64,000 nucleotides of DNA from an uncultured Gemmatimonadales bacterium (GCA_963809895.1 CAWELD010000010.1:1050123-1114122); one strand, 5' to 3'. Shown: positions 39,469 through 51,294, numbered from the stretch's first letter. Made by a program: numbers and translations. The notes: generated from the letters alone by a model not told the origin.

Positions 39469-40158
39469 ATGCGATTTCGTCTTGCCGCCGCCGCGACGGT
39501 GGCGATCCTGACGACGCTGGCAGGGTGCCAGCCGTCGGGTACGGGCAGCGCTTCACTGGACACGGACCAGCAGAAGTCCAGCTACGCGGTGGGCCTCAAC
39601 GTGGGCCGCAACCTGCAGGCCGCCGAGGGCTTGCTGGACATGGCCGCCTTCAGCCGGGGCGTCGAGGACGCCATGACGGGCGCCGATCCGGCCATGGAGC
39701 CGGCGGATCTGCAGGCCGCCCTCGAGGGCCTGAACACGCGCATCAACGACAAACGTCAGGCCGCCGGCGAGGAGAACAAGAGCGCTGGAGACGCCTACCT
39801 GGCCCAGAACGCCGAGAAGGAGGGGGTCACCACCACGGACTCCGGCCTCCAGTACGAGGTGTTGCAGGAAGGCGAGGGGGAGCATCCCGGTCCCGACGAT
39901 CAGGTGACCGTGAACTATCGCGGCACCCTCATCGACGGCACCGAGTTCGACAGCTCCTACGAGCGGGGTGAGCCGGCCCAGTTCCAGGTGGGCGGCGTGA
40001 TCCAGGGCTTCGCCGAGGGGCTGCAGCTCATGCAGCCCGGGGCCAAGTACCGCTTCGTCATCCCCTCGGACCTGGCCTACGGTCCCGGGGGCTCCGGCGG
40101 GGCCATCGGCCCGAATCAGACGCTGATCTTCGAGGTGGAGCTCATCTCCATCGACTGA
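39469..40158 (+). CDS. FKBP-type PPIase (FkpA/Mip-like lipoprotein)
   Basis: Lipobox LAGC, SYAVG, SGLQYEVL..G, VNYRGTL.DGTEFDSS, VI.GF.EGL, IP..LAYG, LIFEVEL. Confidence 0.93.
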   Translation: MRFRLAAAATVAILTTLAGCQPSGTGSASLDTDQQKSSYAVGLNVGRNLQAAEGLLDMAAFSRGVEDAMTGADPAMEPADLQAALEGLNTRINDKRQAAGEENKSAGDAYLAQNAEKEGVTTTDSGLQYEVLQEGEGEHPGPDDQVTVNYRGTLIDGTEFDSSYERGEPAQFQVGGVIQGFAEGLQLMQPGAKYRFVIPSDLAYGPGGSGGAIGPNQTLIFEVELISID

Positions 40159-40195
40159 CCGGAGGCGCCGGAGCGGCCGTTCCGGAGCAAAGCGT

Positions 40196-40229
40196 GAAGG
40201 GGACGGTCCGCCGAGGGCCGCCCCCTTCG
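40196..40229. terminator. Hairpin downstream of the FKBP gene
   Basis: GAAGGGG-ACGGTCC..GGGCCGC-CCCCTTC imperfect inverted repeat. Confidence 0.45.
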
Positions 40230-40384
40230 TCTTCTCAGGCCGCGGCGCCGGTGAGGGCACCGCGCCTCACGCCGACCATCATCGGACACGCCGCCGGCCG
40301 AACGCCAGGTCTTCGGGTGGCGCCCCCGAAGTCGCCGGGGCAGATTCTCCCTACACCACGCATCACCGACGAACAGGAGTCCCC

Positions 40385-43300
40385 ATGCGTCGCCTCGCCG
40401 CCACTCTCGGCCTGGTCGCTCTCGCCCTCGCACCCACCCACCCGCTGCCGGCCCAGGAAGCCGACGGCCCCCTGGCGCGGGCCGTCGAGGGTCTCGACTT
40501 CCGTGAGATCGGACCGGCCATCACCGGGGGTCGGGTTGCGGATATCGCCGTTCCTACGGGGGATTCCCGCACCTGGTACGTGGGTCTGGCCACCGGCGGA
40601 GTGTGGAAGACCACGAACCACGGCATGAGCTGGACCCCGCTCTTCGACGATCAGCGGGTGTCGTCCATCGGCGACGTGACGGTGGCGCCGTCCAATCCGA
40701 ACCTCGTGTGGGTGGGCACGGGCGAGCCCCAGAACCGGCAGTCTTCGCCCTACGGGGGCGGCGTCTTCAAGTCGCTGGACGCCGGTAAGACCTGGCAGGA
40801 CATGGGGCTCCACGAGACGCGACACGTGGGGCGCATCGTCATCCATCCCACCAATCCCGACGTCGTCTACGTGGCGGCGGTGGGCCACCTCTTCGGGCCC
40901 AACGAGGAGCGAGGCGTCTTCCGCACCACCGACGGTGGCGCAACCTGGGACAAGGTCCTCTACATCGACGAGAACACCGGCGCCATCGACCTCGCCATGG
41001 ATCCGGACGATCCCATGACGCTGTTCGCGGCCATGTACCAGCGTCGGCGTACGGCCTTCGGCTTCAGCGCGTCGGGCTCGGGTTCGGGGATCTACCGCAC
41101 CTACGACGGCGGCGACACGTGGACCGAGCTCACGGAGGGCCTGCCGGAGGGGGACAAGGGACGCATCGGGCTCGCCATCTATCGCCGTGACGGCAACCTG
41201 GTCTACGCTTCGGTCGAAGGCGAAGGCCGCGAGGCGCTGGGCCTCTACCGGTCCACCGACCGGGGCGATACCTGGGAGAAGGTCAGCGACAACAATCCCC
41301 GCCCCATGTACTTCTCGCAGGTCCGCATCGACCCCAACAATCCGGACCGCATCTACATGGGCGGCGTCTCGTTCCAGGTCTCCGACGACGGTGGTCACAC
41401 GTGGTGGGACCGGGACGGCGCCGAGAACATCCACGTGGATCACCACGCCATCTGGATCGATCCCGAGGACTCGAACCACCTGATCATCGGCAACGACGGA
41501 GGCATCGCCAGCTCGTGGGACGGTGCCCGGACCTGGCGCCACCACAACAATCTGGCCATCGGCCAGTTCTACGCCATCGGCGTCGACATGCGCGATCCCT
41601 ACTACGTATGCGGCGGGTTGCAGGACAACAGCTCGTGGTGCGGGCCGAGCCGTACGCTGGACGGCTACGGCATCGGCAACGACGACTGGTACGACGTCTC
41701 GGGGGGCGACGGGTTCTACAACCAGATCGATCCCAGCGACTGGCGCGTGGTCTACTCCGAGTCCCAGGGCGGCAACGTGAGTCGCGTGAACGTGGCTACC
41801 GGCGAGGCGGTGCGGATCCGTCCGGTCTACCGCGACGAGGACGAGCCCGAGGGAGCCGGAGGAGGAAGAGGCCGAAGAGGGGCGAGGAGGCGGAGGAGGA
41901 CGGCAGCTACGACTTCAACTGGAGCACGCCCATCGCCGTCTCGCAGCACGATCCCTCCACGGTGTATCTGGGCGCCAACGTGCTGCTGCGCTCCCGGGAC
42001 CGTGGCCAGACCTGGGAGGAGGCGAGTCCCGATCTCACGCGTGGGATCGACCGCGACACGCTGGAGATCTTCGGGCGGCCGCTGTCCGAGGACCACATCT
42101 CCAAGAACGACGGCCTCAGCGCCTACGGCACCATCACCACCATCGACGAATCTCCTCTGGACGCCAACGTGGTCTGGGTCGGTACCGATGACGGCAACGT
42201 GCAGGTGACCCAGGACGGGGGCGCCACCTGGACCAACGTGGTGGACAACGTCGAGGGCCTTCCTGGACGCCGCTACGTGAGCCGGGTCGAGGCCTCGGCG
42301 CAGGTGGCGGGCCGGGCGTACGCTACCTTCGACGGACACTTCGACGACGACTACCGGCCCTACGTCTATGTCACCGAGGATTTCGGCCAGAGCTGGCGAT
42401 CCATCGCCGCCGGTCTGCCGGACCAGTCGGTGAACGTGATCCGCGAGCACCCCCGCCAGCCGAACCTGCTCTTCGTGGGCGACGAGGTGGGGGTCTTCGT
42501 CAGCGTCGATCGCGGTGAGTCGTGGCTGCGCATGGACGGCGGGCTACCCACGGTACCGGTGGACGACATCGTCATCCATCCCCGGGACAACGACCTGGTG
42601 CTGGGCACCCACGGCCGCTCCATCTGGATCGCCGACGACATCACGCCGCTGGAGACGCTGTCGCGCGAGCTGGCCGGAAGGGCCGCACATCTCTTCCCGA
42701 TCCGGCGCGCCACGCTGTACGTGAGCAACGCGGGGTGGCCCTTCTGGGGCGACAAGTACTTCGGCACGAACCCCCCCGAGGGTGCGCTCATCCGCTACAA
42801 CCTGGCCGACGAGCTCGACCTCGAGTCGGTGGAGATGGTCGTACTGGATGCGGCGGGTGATACGATCCGCCATCTGGACGGTCCGGCCGCCGCCGGCCTG
42901 CACACGGTGGTGTGGGACATGCGCTACGACGCGCCCTACGAGGTCGACCGGGAAGGGGGCGGCGGTGGCGGCGGCGGGGGCTTCTTCGGAGCGCCTCAGG
43001 GTCCCACCGTCCTCCCGGGCACCTACAGCGTCCGTCTGGAGACGGCGGGCCTGGTCATGGATCAGTCCGTGGAGGTGAGGGTGGATCCCCGTGTGGAGAC
43101 CACCATGGCTGCGCTCCAGGCCCGTCAGCGCGCCCTCATGGACGGCTACGCGCTGGCCAAGCCCGTCTACGAGGCGCAGCAGCGCGTCCGCACGCTCACG
43201 GATCAGTTGAACGAGGCGCGTGACCTGCTCCGCGATCATCCGGCGGCCACGGACGAGCTGCGAGCACGGGTCGACTCGCTGCGCTCCGACGTGCGCGAGG

Positions 43301-43551
43301 TGAGCCAGGACCTGGGCGAGGTGAGCCGGGCGTCACGGGCGGGATTCGCCGTGGAAGGGTCGTTCGGCGCGCCCACCTCGGATCAGCGCTGGCAGATCGA
43401 CGAGGCGTGGAGCGACCTGCCCGAGGTCCTGGACGACCTCAACGGGCTCCTCACCACCGAGGTGCCCGCGCTCTACAGGGAATTGGATCGGCTGGGGATC
43501 CGCCCGGAGCCGGGAGAGCCGGTGGCCATACCGTCGCGGCCTGGAGGCTGA
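40385..43551 (+). CDS. Second BNR/Vps10 beta-propeller protein, frameshifted in an acidic linker (41850-41885)
   Basis: Collinear with 25159..28392; N-half in the 40385 frame, C-half in the 41401 frame; removing two extra G restores an E-rich linker. Confidence 0.85.
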
Positions 43552-43610
43552 CCCGGTGGCGTCGCCCGGTAGCCGGTGACGGAGAGACTCCCTGCGGCCG
43601 AGGTGGCACG

Positions 43611-44810
43611 ATGAGACCCCCGAAGTGGCTTGGCAGTCGGCGGCGCGCTCCGGCCCTGGTCCTGGCCCTGGCGGTGCCGGCCCTGGCGGGCGCCTGCGGC
43701 GATCCGGGACCCGCGGGGGGGCGGGCCGCCGCGCCGGCGGCCCCCAGCCGCCCGGCGATTCCCGACAGCCAGTGGGTCCGTCTCGTCGGCGAGCTCTCCG
43801 AGCCCGGCGGCTACTTCGACACCGACAACCTCATCAGCAACGAGACGGGCTACCTCGACGTCCTGGGGGCCATGCGGCGGCTGGGCGTGCGCGGCGGCGC
43901 GTACATCGGCGTGGGGCCCGATCAGAACTTCTCCTACATGGCCCAGGTGCGCCCGGAGCTGGCCTTCATCATCGACATCCGCCGGGACAATCTGCTGCAG
44001 CACCTGCTGTTCCGGGCCTTGTTCGAGCTCGCCGACACGCGCGTCGAGTACCTGTCACTGCTGCATGGCCGGCGGCCCCCGCCCGATCCGTCCAGGTGGA
44101 CGACGGCCTCGGTGGACAGCGTCCTCGCCTGGGTACGCTCCGCCCCCGGCGGCGCCGGCACGCCAGAAGGAATGGCGGCGGCACGGGCGGTGGACTCCCT
44201 CGTCGCGCGCTCGCCCCTTTCGCTGAGCGCCGCCGACCGCGCCACCATCCGGCGCTTCCACGGCGAGTTCATCCGCTACGGCCCGGCGCTCCGCTTCACC
44301 AGCTTCGGACGGGCTCCGAGGCCGTACTATCCGACCTACGGACAGCTCCTGGCGGCCACGGACCTCGAGGGCCGCACCGGCAGCTACCTGGCGAACGAGG
44401 ACGACTGGCGGTTCGTGAAGGAGCTTCAGACCCGCAATCGCGTCATCCCGGTCGTGGGCGACCTGGCGGGCGACCACGCGCTGCGCGCCATCGGCGAGGA
44501 GGTTCGTCGCCGCGACCTGGCCGTGTCGGTGCTGTACACGTCGAACGTGGAGTTCTACCTGTGGAGCGACGGTACCTTTCCGCGCTTCGCGGCCAACGTG
44601 GCGTCACTTCCGGCGGCAAACGAAGCCGTGGTGATCCGGAGCTATTTTCCGAACTTCGGGCGCCGCCACCCGTACGCCGTGTCCGGCTCCTATTCGACGC
44701 AGACCCTGCAGACGCTGGAGAGCTTCCGGGCCGCCGTCGAGGACGGGGGCTACGGCAGCTACTGGGATCTGGTGACCCGCGATGCCCTGGATCCCCGCCC
44801 CGGTGGCTGA
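43611..44810 (+). CDS. Conserved hypothetical lipoprotein (LIC_10091-like, tentative; methyltransferase-like fold)
   Basis: Lipobox LAGAC; LSE.GGYFDTDNLISNE, AYIGVGPDQNFSY, VVGDLAG, YTSNVEFYL. Confidence 0.7.
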   Translation: MRPPKWLGSRRRAPALVLALAVPALAGACGDPGPAGGRAAAPAAPSRPAIPDSQWVRLVGELSEPGGYFDTDNLISNETGYLDVLGAMRRLGVRGGAYIGVGPDQNFSYMAQVRPELAFIIDIRRDNLLQHLLFRALFELADTRVEYLSLLHGRRPPPDPSRWTTASVDSVLAWVRSAPGGAGTPEGMAAARAVDSLVARSPLSLSAADRATIRRFHGEFIRYGPALRFTSFGRAPRPYYPTYGQLLAATDLEGRTGSYLANEDDWRFVKELQTRNRVIPVVGDLAGDHALRAIGEEVRRRDLAVSVLYTSNVEFYLWSDGTFPRFAANVASLPAANEAVVIRSYFPNFGRRHPYAVSGSYSTQTLQTLESFRAAVEDGGYGSYWDLVTRDALDPRPGG

Positions 44811-44908
44811 CGCGGTTCGGCACCACCGTCGCGCATCGCGGAAACCTCGACGCCCGGCCGGACCGTAGTACCTGGTACCAACCCCACGCACTCCATCTGG
44901 AGATCCCC

Positions 44909-45223
44909 ATGAGCTACGATCCACCTCCCAACGACGACAGCCACGCCACGGGCGGGAGCACCGAGGCGGAGTCCGAAGAGCCGCGCCGCGAGACCCACCG
45001 GGTGTCCGGTGATCGCCTGCTGGAGACCGTGAAGCGCATCGTGCGTGAGGGCAATGCCCGCCGCATCGTCATCAAGAACGACGAGGGCCGCACGCTGCTC
45101 GAGTTCCCCATGACGGCAGGCGTGGTGGGCGCCGCGCTCCTGCCTGTGTGGGCGGCGGTGGGCGCCGTGGCCGCTCTGGTGACCAACTGCTCCATCGAGG
45201 TGGAGCGGCACCAGGACGATTGA
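44909..45223 (+). CDS. DUF4342-domain protein
   Basis: L.E.VK.IV.EGNARRIVIK..G.TLLEFP..GV.GA..A..T.CSIEVER. Confidence 0.85.
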   Translation: MSYDPPPNDDSHATGGSTEAESEEPRRETHRVSGDRLLETVKRIVREGNARRIVIKNDEGRTLLEFPMTAGVVGAALLPVWAAVGAVAALVTNCSIEVERHQDD

Positions 45224-45347
45224 GCGAGTGCCGCGAGGGGTTTCCTGACTCGCGTCTCGCGCGCACTTTGGGCTCGACGGGAGGGGCGGGGCGCAGCCAT
45301 CCCAACCGCCGGGCCCTGGAGCCCGGTCTCATGCCACGGAGGCTCGG

Positions 45348-45806
45348 ATGCTCAAGGAGTTCAAGAAGTTCGCCATGCGCGGCAACGTCGTCGACATGGC
45401 GGTCGGTATCATCATCGGCGGCGCCTTCGGGACCATCGTCAAGAGCCTCGTCGACGACGTACTCATGCCGCCCATCGGCATGCTGCTCGGCGGCGTGGAT
45501 TTCACCGACCTGTTCGCCGTGCTCCGGCAGGGCGCCGAGCAGCCCGGACCCTACGCGACGCTGGCCGATGCGCAGGCGGCGGGAGCGGTCACCATCAACT
45601 ACGGGCTCTTCGTCAACAACGTCGTGGCGTTCCTCATCGTGGCCTGGGCGGTGTTCATGGTCGTGAAGGGCATGAACGCCATGCAGCGGAAGGAGGAAGA
45701 GGCTCCGGCGGCGCCCACGACCAAGGCCTGCCCCTTCTGCGCCACGGACATTCCCATGGGCGCCACCCGCTGCCCCCACTGCACCTCGGAGCTGGCGACC
45801 GCCTGA
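45348..45806 (+). CDS. mscL: Large-conductance mechanosensitive channel with C-terminal zinc ribbon
   Basis: [33 protein letters not shown]; CPFC..CPHC tail. Confidence 0.95.
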   Translation: MLKEFKKFAMRGNVVDMAVGIIIGGAFGTIVKSLVDDVLMPPIGMLLGGVDFTDLFAVLRQGAEQPGPYATLADAQAAGAVTINYGLFVNNVVAFLIVAWAVFMVVKGMNAMQRKEEEAPAAPTTKACPFCATDIPMGATRCPHCTSELATA

Positions 45807-45821
45807 GGAGGCGCCGACGCC

Positions 45822-46733
45822 GTGCCCGAGCTGCCCGAGGTCACGGCGTACGTCGAGGCGTTCCGCCGGCGCATCGTCGGTCGGACGCTGGAGCGGGTGC
45901 GGCTCCGTTCTCCTTCGCTCCTGCGCACCTGGGACCCGCCCCTCTCGGAGGTGGCGGGTCTCCGCGTGCAGGGTGTGGAACGTCTGGCCAAACGCGTGGT
46001 CTGGGCCCTGGAGTCGGACCTCTTCCTGGTCTTCCACCTCATGGTCACGGGCCGATTCCACCGGAAGGCCGCGGGAGCGCGGCTGCCCCGCAAGAACGTG
46101 CACGCGGCCTTCGACTTTCCCGCCGAGTCCTACTTCCTCACCGAGATGGCCCTGAAGAAGAAGGCTTCGCTGCACCTCATGCGGGGCCGCGAAGCGCTGG
46201 AGCGCATGGACCCCGGGGGGCTCGAGCCGCTGGGCGCCACGCCCGAGGCGTGGGCCCGCGCCCTGACCCGGGAGAACCGCACCCTCAAGCGGGCGCTCAC
46301 CGATCCGCGCATCCTCAGCGGCATCGGCAACGCGCACTCCGACGAGATCCTCCTGCGGGCCCGCCTGTCGCCGGTTCAGCGCACCGGCAATCTGGACGCC
46401 GAGGAGCTGGAGCGACTTCGCCAGGCGACGGTGAGCGAGCTGGAGCGCTTCACGCGGCTCCTCCGCGAGGAGACGGGCGAGGGGTTTCCCGAGAAGATCA
46501 CGGCCTTCCACCCGGCCATGGAGGTCCACGGGCGCTTCGGCCATCCGTGTCCCGTGTGCGGCGACCCCATCCAGCGCATCGTGTACGCCGATCGTGAGAC
46601 CAACTACTGCGCCACCTGCCAGACCGGGGGCAAGCTGCTGGCGGACCGGGCTCTGAGCCGACTGCTCCGCGAAGACTGGCCGCGCACGGTGGAGGAACTG
46701 GAGGAGCACCGGGAGACGCGCCGCCACGACTGA
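45822..46733 (+). CDS. Fpg/Nei family DNA glycosylase
   Basis: N-terminal MPELPEV, H2TH GIGNAHSDEIL, zinc finger CPVC..CATC. Confidence 0.9.
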   Translation: MPELPEVTAYVEAFRRRIVGRTLERVRLRSPSLLRTWDPPLSEVAGLRVQGVERLAKRVVWALESDLFLVFHLMVTGRFHRKAAGARLPRKNVHAAFDFPAESYFLTEMALKKKASLHLMRGREALERMDPGGLEPLGATPEAWARALTRENRTLKRALTDPRILSGIGNAHSDEILLRARLSPVQRTGNLDAEELERLRQATVSELERFTRLLREETGEGFPEKITAFHPAMEVHGRFGHPCPVCGDPIQRIVYADRETNYCATCQTGGKLLADRALSRLLREDWPRTVEELEEHRETRRHD

Positions 46734-46771
46734 TCCGGGGTGGCGCACCCCGAAACTCTTGCGCTCAGGTC

Positions 46772-46817
46772 ATCGTAATGTGTATCGTACGATATATCAC
46801 GATACTGATTCTACGAT
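46772..46817. promoter_or_regulatory. AT-rich nested palindrome, candidate PadR operator
   Basis: GTATCGT-N10-ACGATAC (46782-46805) nested inside ATCGTA..TACGAT (46772-46817), 60-110 nt upstream of padR. Confidence 0.6.
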
Positions 46818-46880
46818 CTGCCTGAGGAGTTGCCCGCGCAGCGGTAGCGGTGGGCCACCATGGCGAGACGGGGAGGGATC

Positions 46881-47423
46881 ATGAACTGGCAATGGGGATT
46901 TCCGTTCGACATGCCCGGATTCGGACCGCAGGGACCCTGGACGCGCGGGCGGGGGCCGAAGCGGGGTTTCTTCCGTTCCGGCGAGGTGCGGCTGGCGCTC
47001 CTGTCGCTGCTGGCCGAGGCGCCGGGTCACGGCTACGAGCTGATGAAACGGCTCGAGGAGCGGTCGGGAGGGCTCTACCAGGCCAGCGCCGGCACCGTGT
47101 ATCCGGTGCTTCAGCAGCTGGAGGACGAGGGTCTGGCGCGCTCCCGCGAGGAAGACGGTAAGAAGGTCTACGAGATCACCGAGGCCGGACGCGCCGAGGT
47201 GGAGGCCGCTTCGGAGCGGGTGGACAGGATCTGGAAGCGTGCCGGCCAGTGGCGCGAATGGAGCTGCCGCATGGGCCCCGATACGGTGGAGGTGGCCATG
47301 GTGTTCGGGCGTCTCGCCAAGGCGGCTTTTTCCGTGGCTTCCAGCGGTGGCCAGGACACGGGGGATCGGGTGGTCGAGATCCTCAACCGGGCTCGGCGCG
47401 AGATCGAGGAGCTGGGCGGTTGA
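46881..47423 (+). CDS. PadR family transcriptional regulator
   Basis: RLALLSLL...GHGYELM..LEE..GG.Y..S.GTVYP.LQ.LEDEGL, KKVYEIT..G. Confidence 0.92.
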   Translation: MNWQWGFPFDMPGFGPQGPWTRGRGPKRGFFRSGEVRLALLSLLAEAPGHGYELMKRLEERSGGLYQASAGTVYPVLQQLEDEGLARSREEDGKKVYEITEAGRAEVEAASERVDRIWKRAGQWREWSCRMGPDTVEVAMVFGRLAKAAFSVASSGGQDTGDRVVEILNRARREIEELGG

Positions 47424-47607
47424 GGGCGGGCGCGCCCTTCGTGCGGGGCCTGGTGTCGGGACGTGAAGCCGCCGACGACGAAGACGTGGCCCCGGAAGGG
47501 GTGGCGGACACCCCCTTTGCGCCGGAGTGGCGGAAGCGTCATCGTGGCCCATTCCGGGGGTCGCGCGAGGCCTCCGAGGAACACCTCCACCCGTTTCGGA
47601 GAACGTC

Positions 47608-48153
47608 GTGACCGAGACCCCCGACATGGAGACGCTGCGCTACCCGGTGGGCCGATTCGAGCCGGGCCCGCACCTGGACCCCCGTGCGCGCGAGCGGGCG
47701 ATGGAGAACATCGCCGCCACTCCCGCCAATCTGCGGCGGGCCGTCGCCGGCCTGACGCCGGAGCAGTTGAACACGCCGTACCGTCCCGACGGTTGGACGA
47801 TCCGCCAGGTCGTGCATCACGTGCCCGACAGCCACCTCAACGGGTACATGCGCTTCAAGCTGGGGCTCACGGAAGAGGTGCCGACCATCCGGACCTACGA
47901 GGAGGCCGCCTGGGCCGAGCTACCCGACAGCTTCATGGAGGACATCGAGGTGTCGCTGGCGCTGCTGGAGTCGCTGCACGAGCGCTGGGTCGTGCTCCTG
48001 GAGGCCCTCACTCCGGAGGACTGGCACCGGACGGTCTTCCACCCGGAGATGAACGCCGAGATCAGCCTCGACGCCCTGCTGCAACTCTACGACTGGCATG
48101 GCCGCCATCACGTCGCGCACATCACCGGCCTACGCGACAGGAAGGGTTGGTGA
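47608..48153 (+). CDS. YfiT/DinB family thiol (bacillithiol) S-transferase
   Basis: LRYPVGRF, L.TPYR.DGWT.RQVVHH..DSH.N, Y.WHGRHH.AHI. Confidence 0.9.
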   Translation: MTETPDMETLRYPVGRFEPGPHLDPRARERAMENIAATPANLRRAVAGLTPEQLNTPYRPDGWTIRQVVHHVPDSHLNGYMRFKLGLTEEVPTIRTYEEAAWAELPDSFMEDIEVSLALLESLHERWVVLLEALTPEDWHRTVFHPEMNAEISLDALLQLYDWHGRHHVAHITGLRDRKGW

Positions 48154-48749
48154 CTGTGGATCACCCGCGGGTCACGGTGGTGTCGGTGAACGTGGGGCGT
48201 GCCTCGGAGCTCACCTGGCGCGGCCGGACGGTGCGCACTGGGATCGGGAAGGAGCCCCAGAGCGTAGCCGTGCGTGTCGAGGCGCTGGGCCTGGAGGGCG
48301 ACGTCCAGGTGGATCGCCGGGTCCACGGCGGGACCATGAAGGCCGTCTATGCCTACCCCGGCGAGCACTACGAACGCTGGGCCGCGGAACTGGGCGTATC
48401 GCCGGACGCGCTCCCACCCGGCGCCTTCGGAGAGAACCTGACGCTGGAAGGGATCCTGGAAGACGACATCCGCCCCGGCGACGAACTGGTGTGTGAGGGG
48501 CGCGACGGCCTGCGCCTGGCGGTGACCGAGCCCCGCTACCCGTGCTCCACGCTGTCCGCCCGCTTCCAACGGGCCGACCTGCCGCGGCTGTTCGTGCGCG
48601 CGGCGCGGCCGGGGTTCTACCTGCGGGTCGTGACACCTGGACGGATCGGAGCGGGGGACACCTTGGAGCTGGTGCGCTCGGCCGCGGGCGGTGAGAGCAT
48701 CCGGGACATCTTCCGGCGCGTGGCCCGGGTGCCGGACGACACCGAATGA
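48150..48749 (+). CDS. MOSC domain protein (YiiM-like)
   Basis: GLEGD.Q.D.RVHGG..KAVY.Y..EHY, FGENL, EPRYPC, PGFYLRV..PG. Confidence 0.9.
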   Translation: MTVDHPRVTVVSVNVGRASELTWRGRTVRTGIGKEPQSVAVRVEALGLEGDVQVDRRVHGGTMKAVYAYPGEHYERWAAELGVSPDALPPGAFGENLTLEGILEDDIRPGDELVCEGRDGLRLAVTEPRYPCSTLSARFQRADLPRLFVRAARPGFYLRVVTPGRIGAGDTLELVRSAAGGESIRDIFRRVARVPDDTE

Positions 48750-49204
48750 GCGTCGGGGTACGCCGGGCGCGCGGCGCCGACCTGGCCGCCGCCGCGGACC
48801 TGGTGGCGGCGGCGGGACTTCCGCTGGCCGGCTTCCCTGACGACGCTCGCGTGATCCTGGTGGCGGAGCAGGCGTCCGGGCTGGTGGGTGTGGCGGCGCT
48901 GGAGCTTCACGAGGACGCCGCGCTGCTGCGGTCGGTGGCGGTTCCGGCGGAGTGGCGCGGCCAGGGCATCGGGGGCGCGCTGGTGACCGCGGCCCTGGAG
49001 GCGGCCTGGACCGAGGGCGCCTCGTCGGTGGCGCTGCTCACCGAGACCGCTGCGTCGTACTTTCCGGCCTTCGGCTTCCGGTCCGTGCCCAGATCGGCCC
49101 TGCCGTCGGCGTTGGCGGCCTCCCGGGAGCTGCGGGGCGCCTGCCCCGAGTCGGCGGTGGCCATGGTGCTGGAGCGGTCGAGTCGGCCGCCGAGCGCCAC
49201 ATAG
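48746..49204 (+). CDS. GNAT acetyltransferase, ArsN2-like
   Basis: LRSVAV..RGQGIG, LLTETA..YF..FGF, CP.SA..M. Confidence 0.82.
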   Translation: MSVGVRRARGADLAAAADLVAAAGLPLAGFPDDARVILVAEQASGLVGVAALELHEDAALLRSVAVPAEWRGQGIGGALVTAALEAAWTEGASSVALLTETAASYFPAFGFRSVPRSALPSALAASRELRGACPESAVAMVLERSSRPPSAT

Positions 49205-49214
49205 ACGGCGACCC

Positions 49215-50144
49215 TCAGTCCGGGATCTCCATGGTGGCGCGCGCGACCAGAACGGCGCTGCCGCCGACCCGGATGGCCGTGACCGCGCCGGCGTGCACGT
49301 CGGCTTCCACCCGGAGCAGCGAGGGCCGGCCCATCTCGAGTCCCTGCTCCACGAGCCAGTTGTGGGAGCCGTCGCCGGCACGGCGGCCCAGGTAGCCACC
49401 CAGCGCCGCGGCCGCGCTTCCCGTCGCCGGATCCTCGGGCACGCCGATCTCCGGGGCGAACATGCGCACGTGCAGGTTCACGTCCTCGCCGTGGCCTCCG
49501 GGCGCGATGACGTACACCATGCGCGACGGCGCATCGGGACCCAGAAGCTGCCGGAGAATCCCCTGATCCAGGGTCGCCCGCTCGGCGGCCTTCACCGAGC
49601 GCACGGGCACGGTGAGGAAGGGAAGGCCGGCGGATGCGAAGACCGGCTCCAGGGTGCCGGGCACGCCGGGCACCTCCGCCCCGATGTCTCCGGGGTCCAG
49701 CGAGATCATGCGCGCCAGATCGCCGGCGGCGAGATCGACGGCCTCCTCCGTGGGCGCCACCGCAGCGGTGAGGCGGGCCGCCACCGGCCGGCCCGACCGT
49801 AGCGCCACCTCCACGGGCACCGGGCCGACGCCCTCTTCCAGCACCACCGTGACCGCGTCCACGGCCACCGTGATGGCTCTGGACGCCACCAGAAAGAACG
49901 CCGTGCCCACCGTGGGATGCCCGGCGAACGGCACCTCGGCCCCGGGCGTGAAGATGCGCACGCGTCGCGTGGCCGACGGGGATTCGGCCGGCAGCACGAA
50001 TACGGTTTCCGACAGGTTCAACTCGCGCGCGATGGCTTGCATGCGCTCGGCAGAGAGCCCTCGCCCGTCGGGGAAGACGGCGAGAGGGTTGCCGCCGAAG
50101 ACCCGATCCGTGAATACGTCCAGCGTGTGGTACTCGAGGCGCAT
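49215..50144 (-). CDS. PhzF family isomerase/epimerase
   Basis: [41 protein letters not shown]. Confidence 0.92.
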   Translation of the reverse strand: MRLEYHTLDVFTDRVFGGNPLAVFPDGRGLSAERMQAIARELNLSETVFVLPAESPSATRRVRIFTPGAEVPFAGHPTVGTAFFLVASRAITVAVDAVTVVLEEGVGPVPVEVALRSGRPVAARLTAAVAPTEEAVDLAAGDLARMISLDPGDIGAEVPGVPGTLEPVFASAGLPFLTVPVRSVKAAERATLDQGILRQLLGPDAPSRMVYVIAPGGHGEDVNLHVRMFAPEIGVPEDPATGSAAAALGGYLGRRAGDGSHNWLVEQGLEMGRPSLLRVEADVHAGAVTAIRVGGSAVLVARATMEIPD

Positions 50145-50281
50145 ACTCCACGCTCCTGCCGGTGCGAGATGGATCCGTCCCCTCAAGGTACGCGCCCGGC
50201 GATCCGGGTCCAACGCCATGGAACCTGTCGGGCGGCGTATGGATAAGGGACATGAACACTCGCCCAATGGAGCCTGAATAC

Positions 50282-51253
<972 letters not shown>

Positions 51254-51294
51254 GCGTCCATCCAGACCCTCCCCTGGAGTCAGCACCCTTGGCG

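Noticed and set aside
25113-40348. Recurrent CCCTACA upstream of both BNR genes and the FKBP gene as a shared operator
   Set aside because: More simply explained as -10-like boxes (TACAAT, TACATT); too short to be significant.
41850-41885. Programmed ribosomal frameshift in the second BNR protein
   Set aside because: No classical slippery heptamer is evident; two extra G in G-runs explain it, and the paralog is uninterrupted.
45718-45806. Zinc-ribbon tail on MscL as a novelty
   Set aside because: This C-terminal extension is common in MscL homologs from several phyla.
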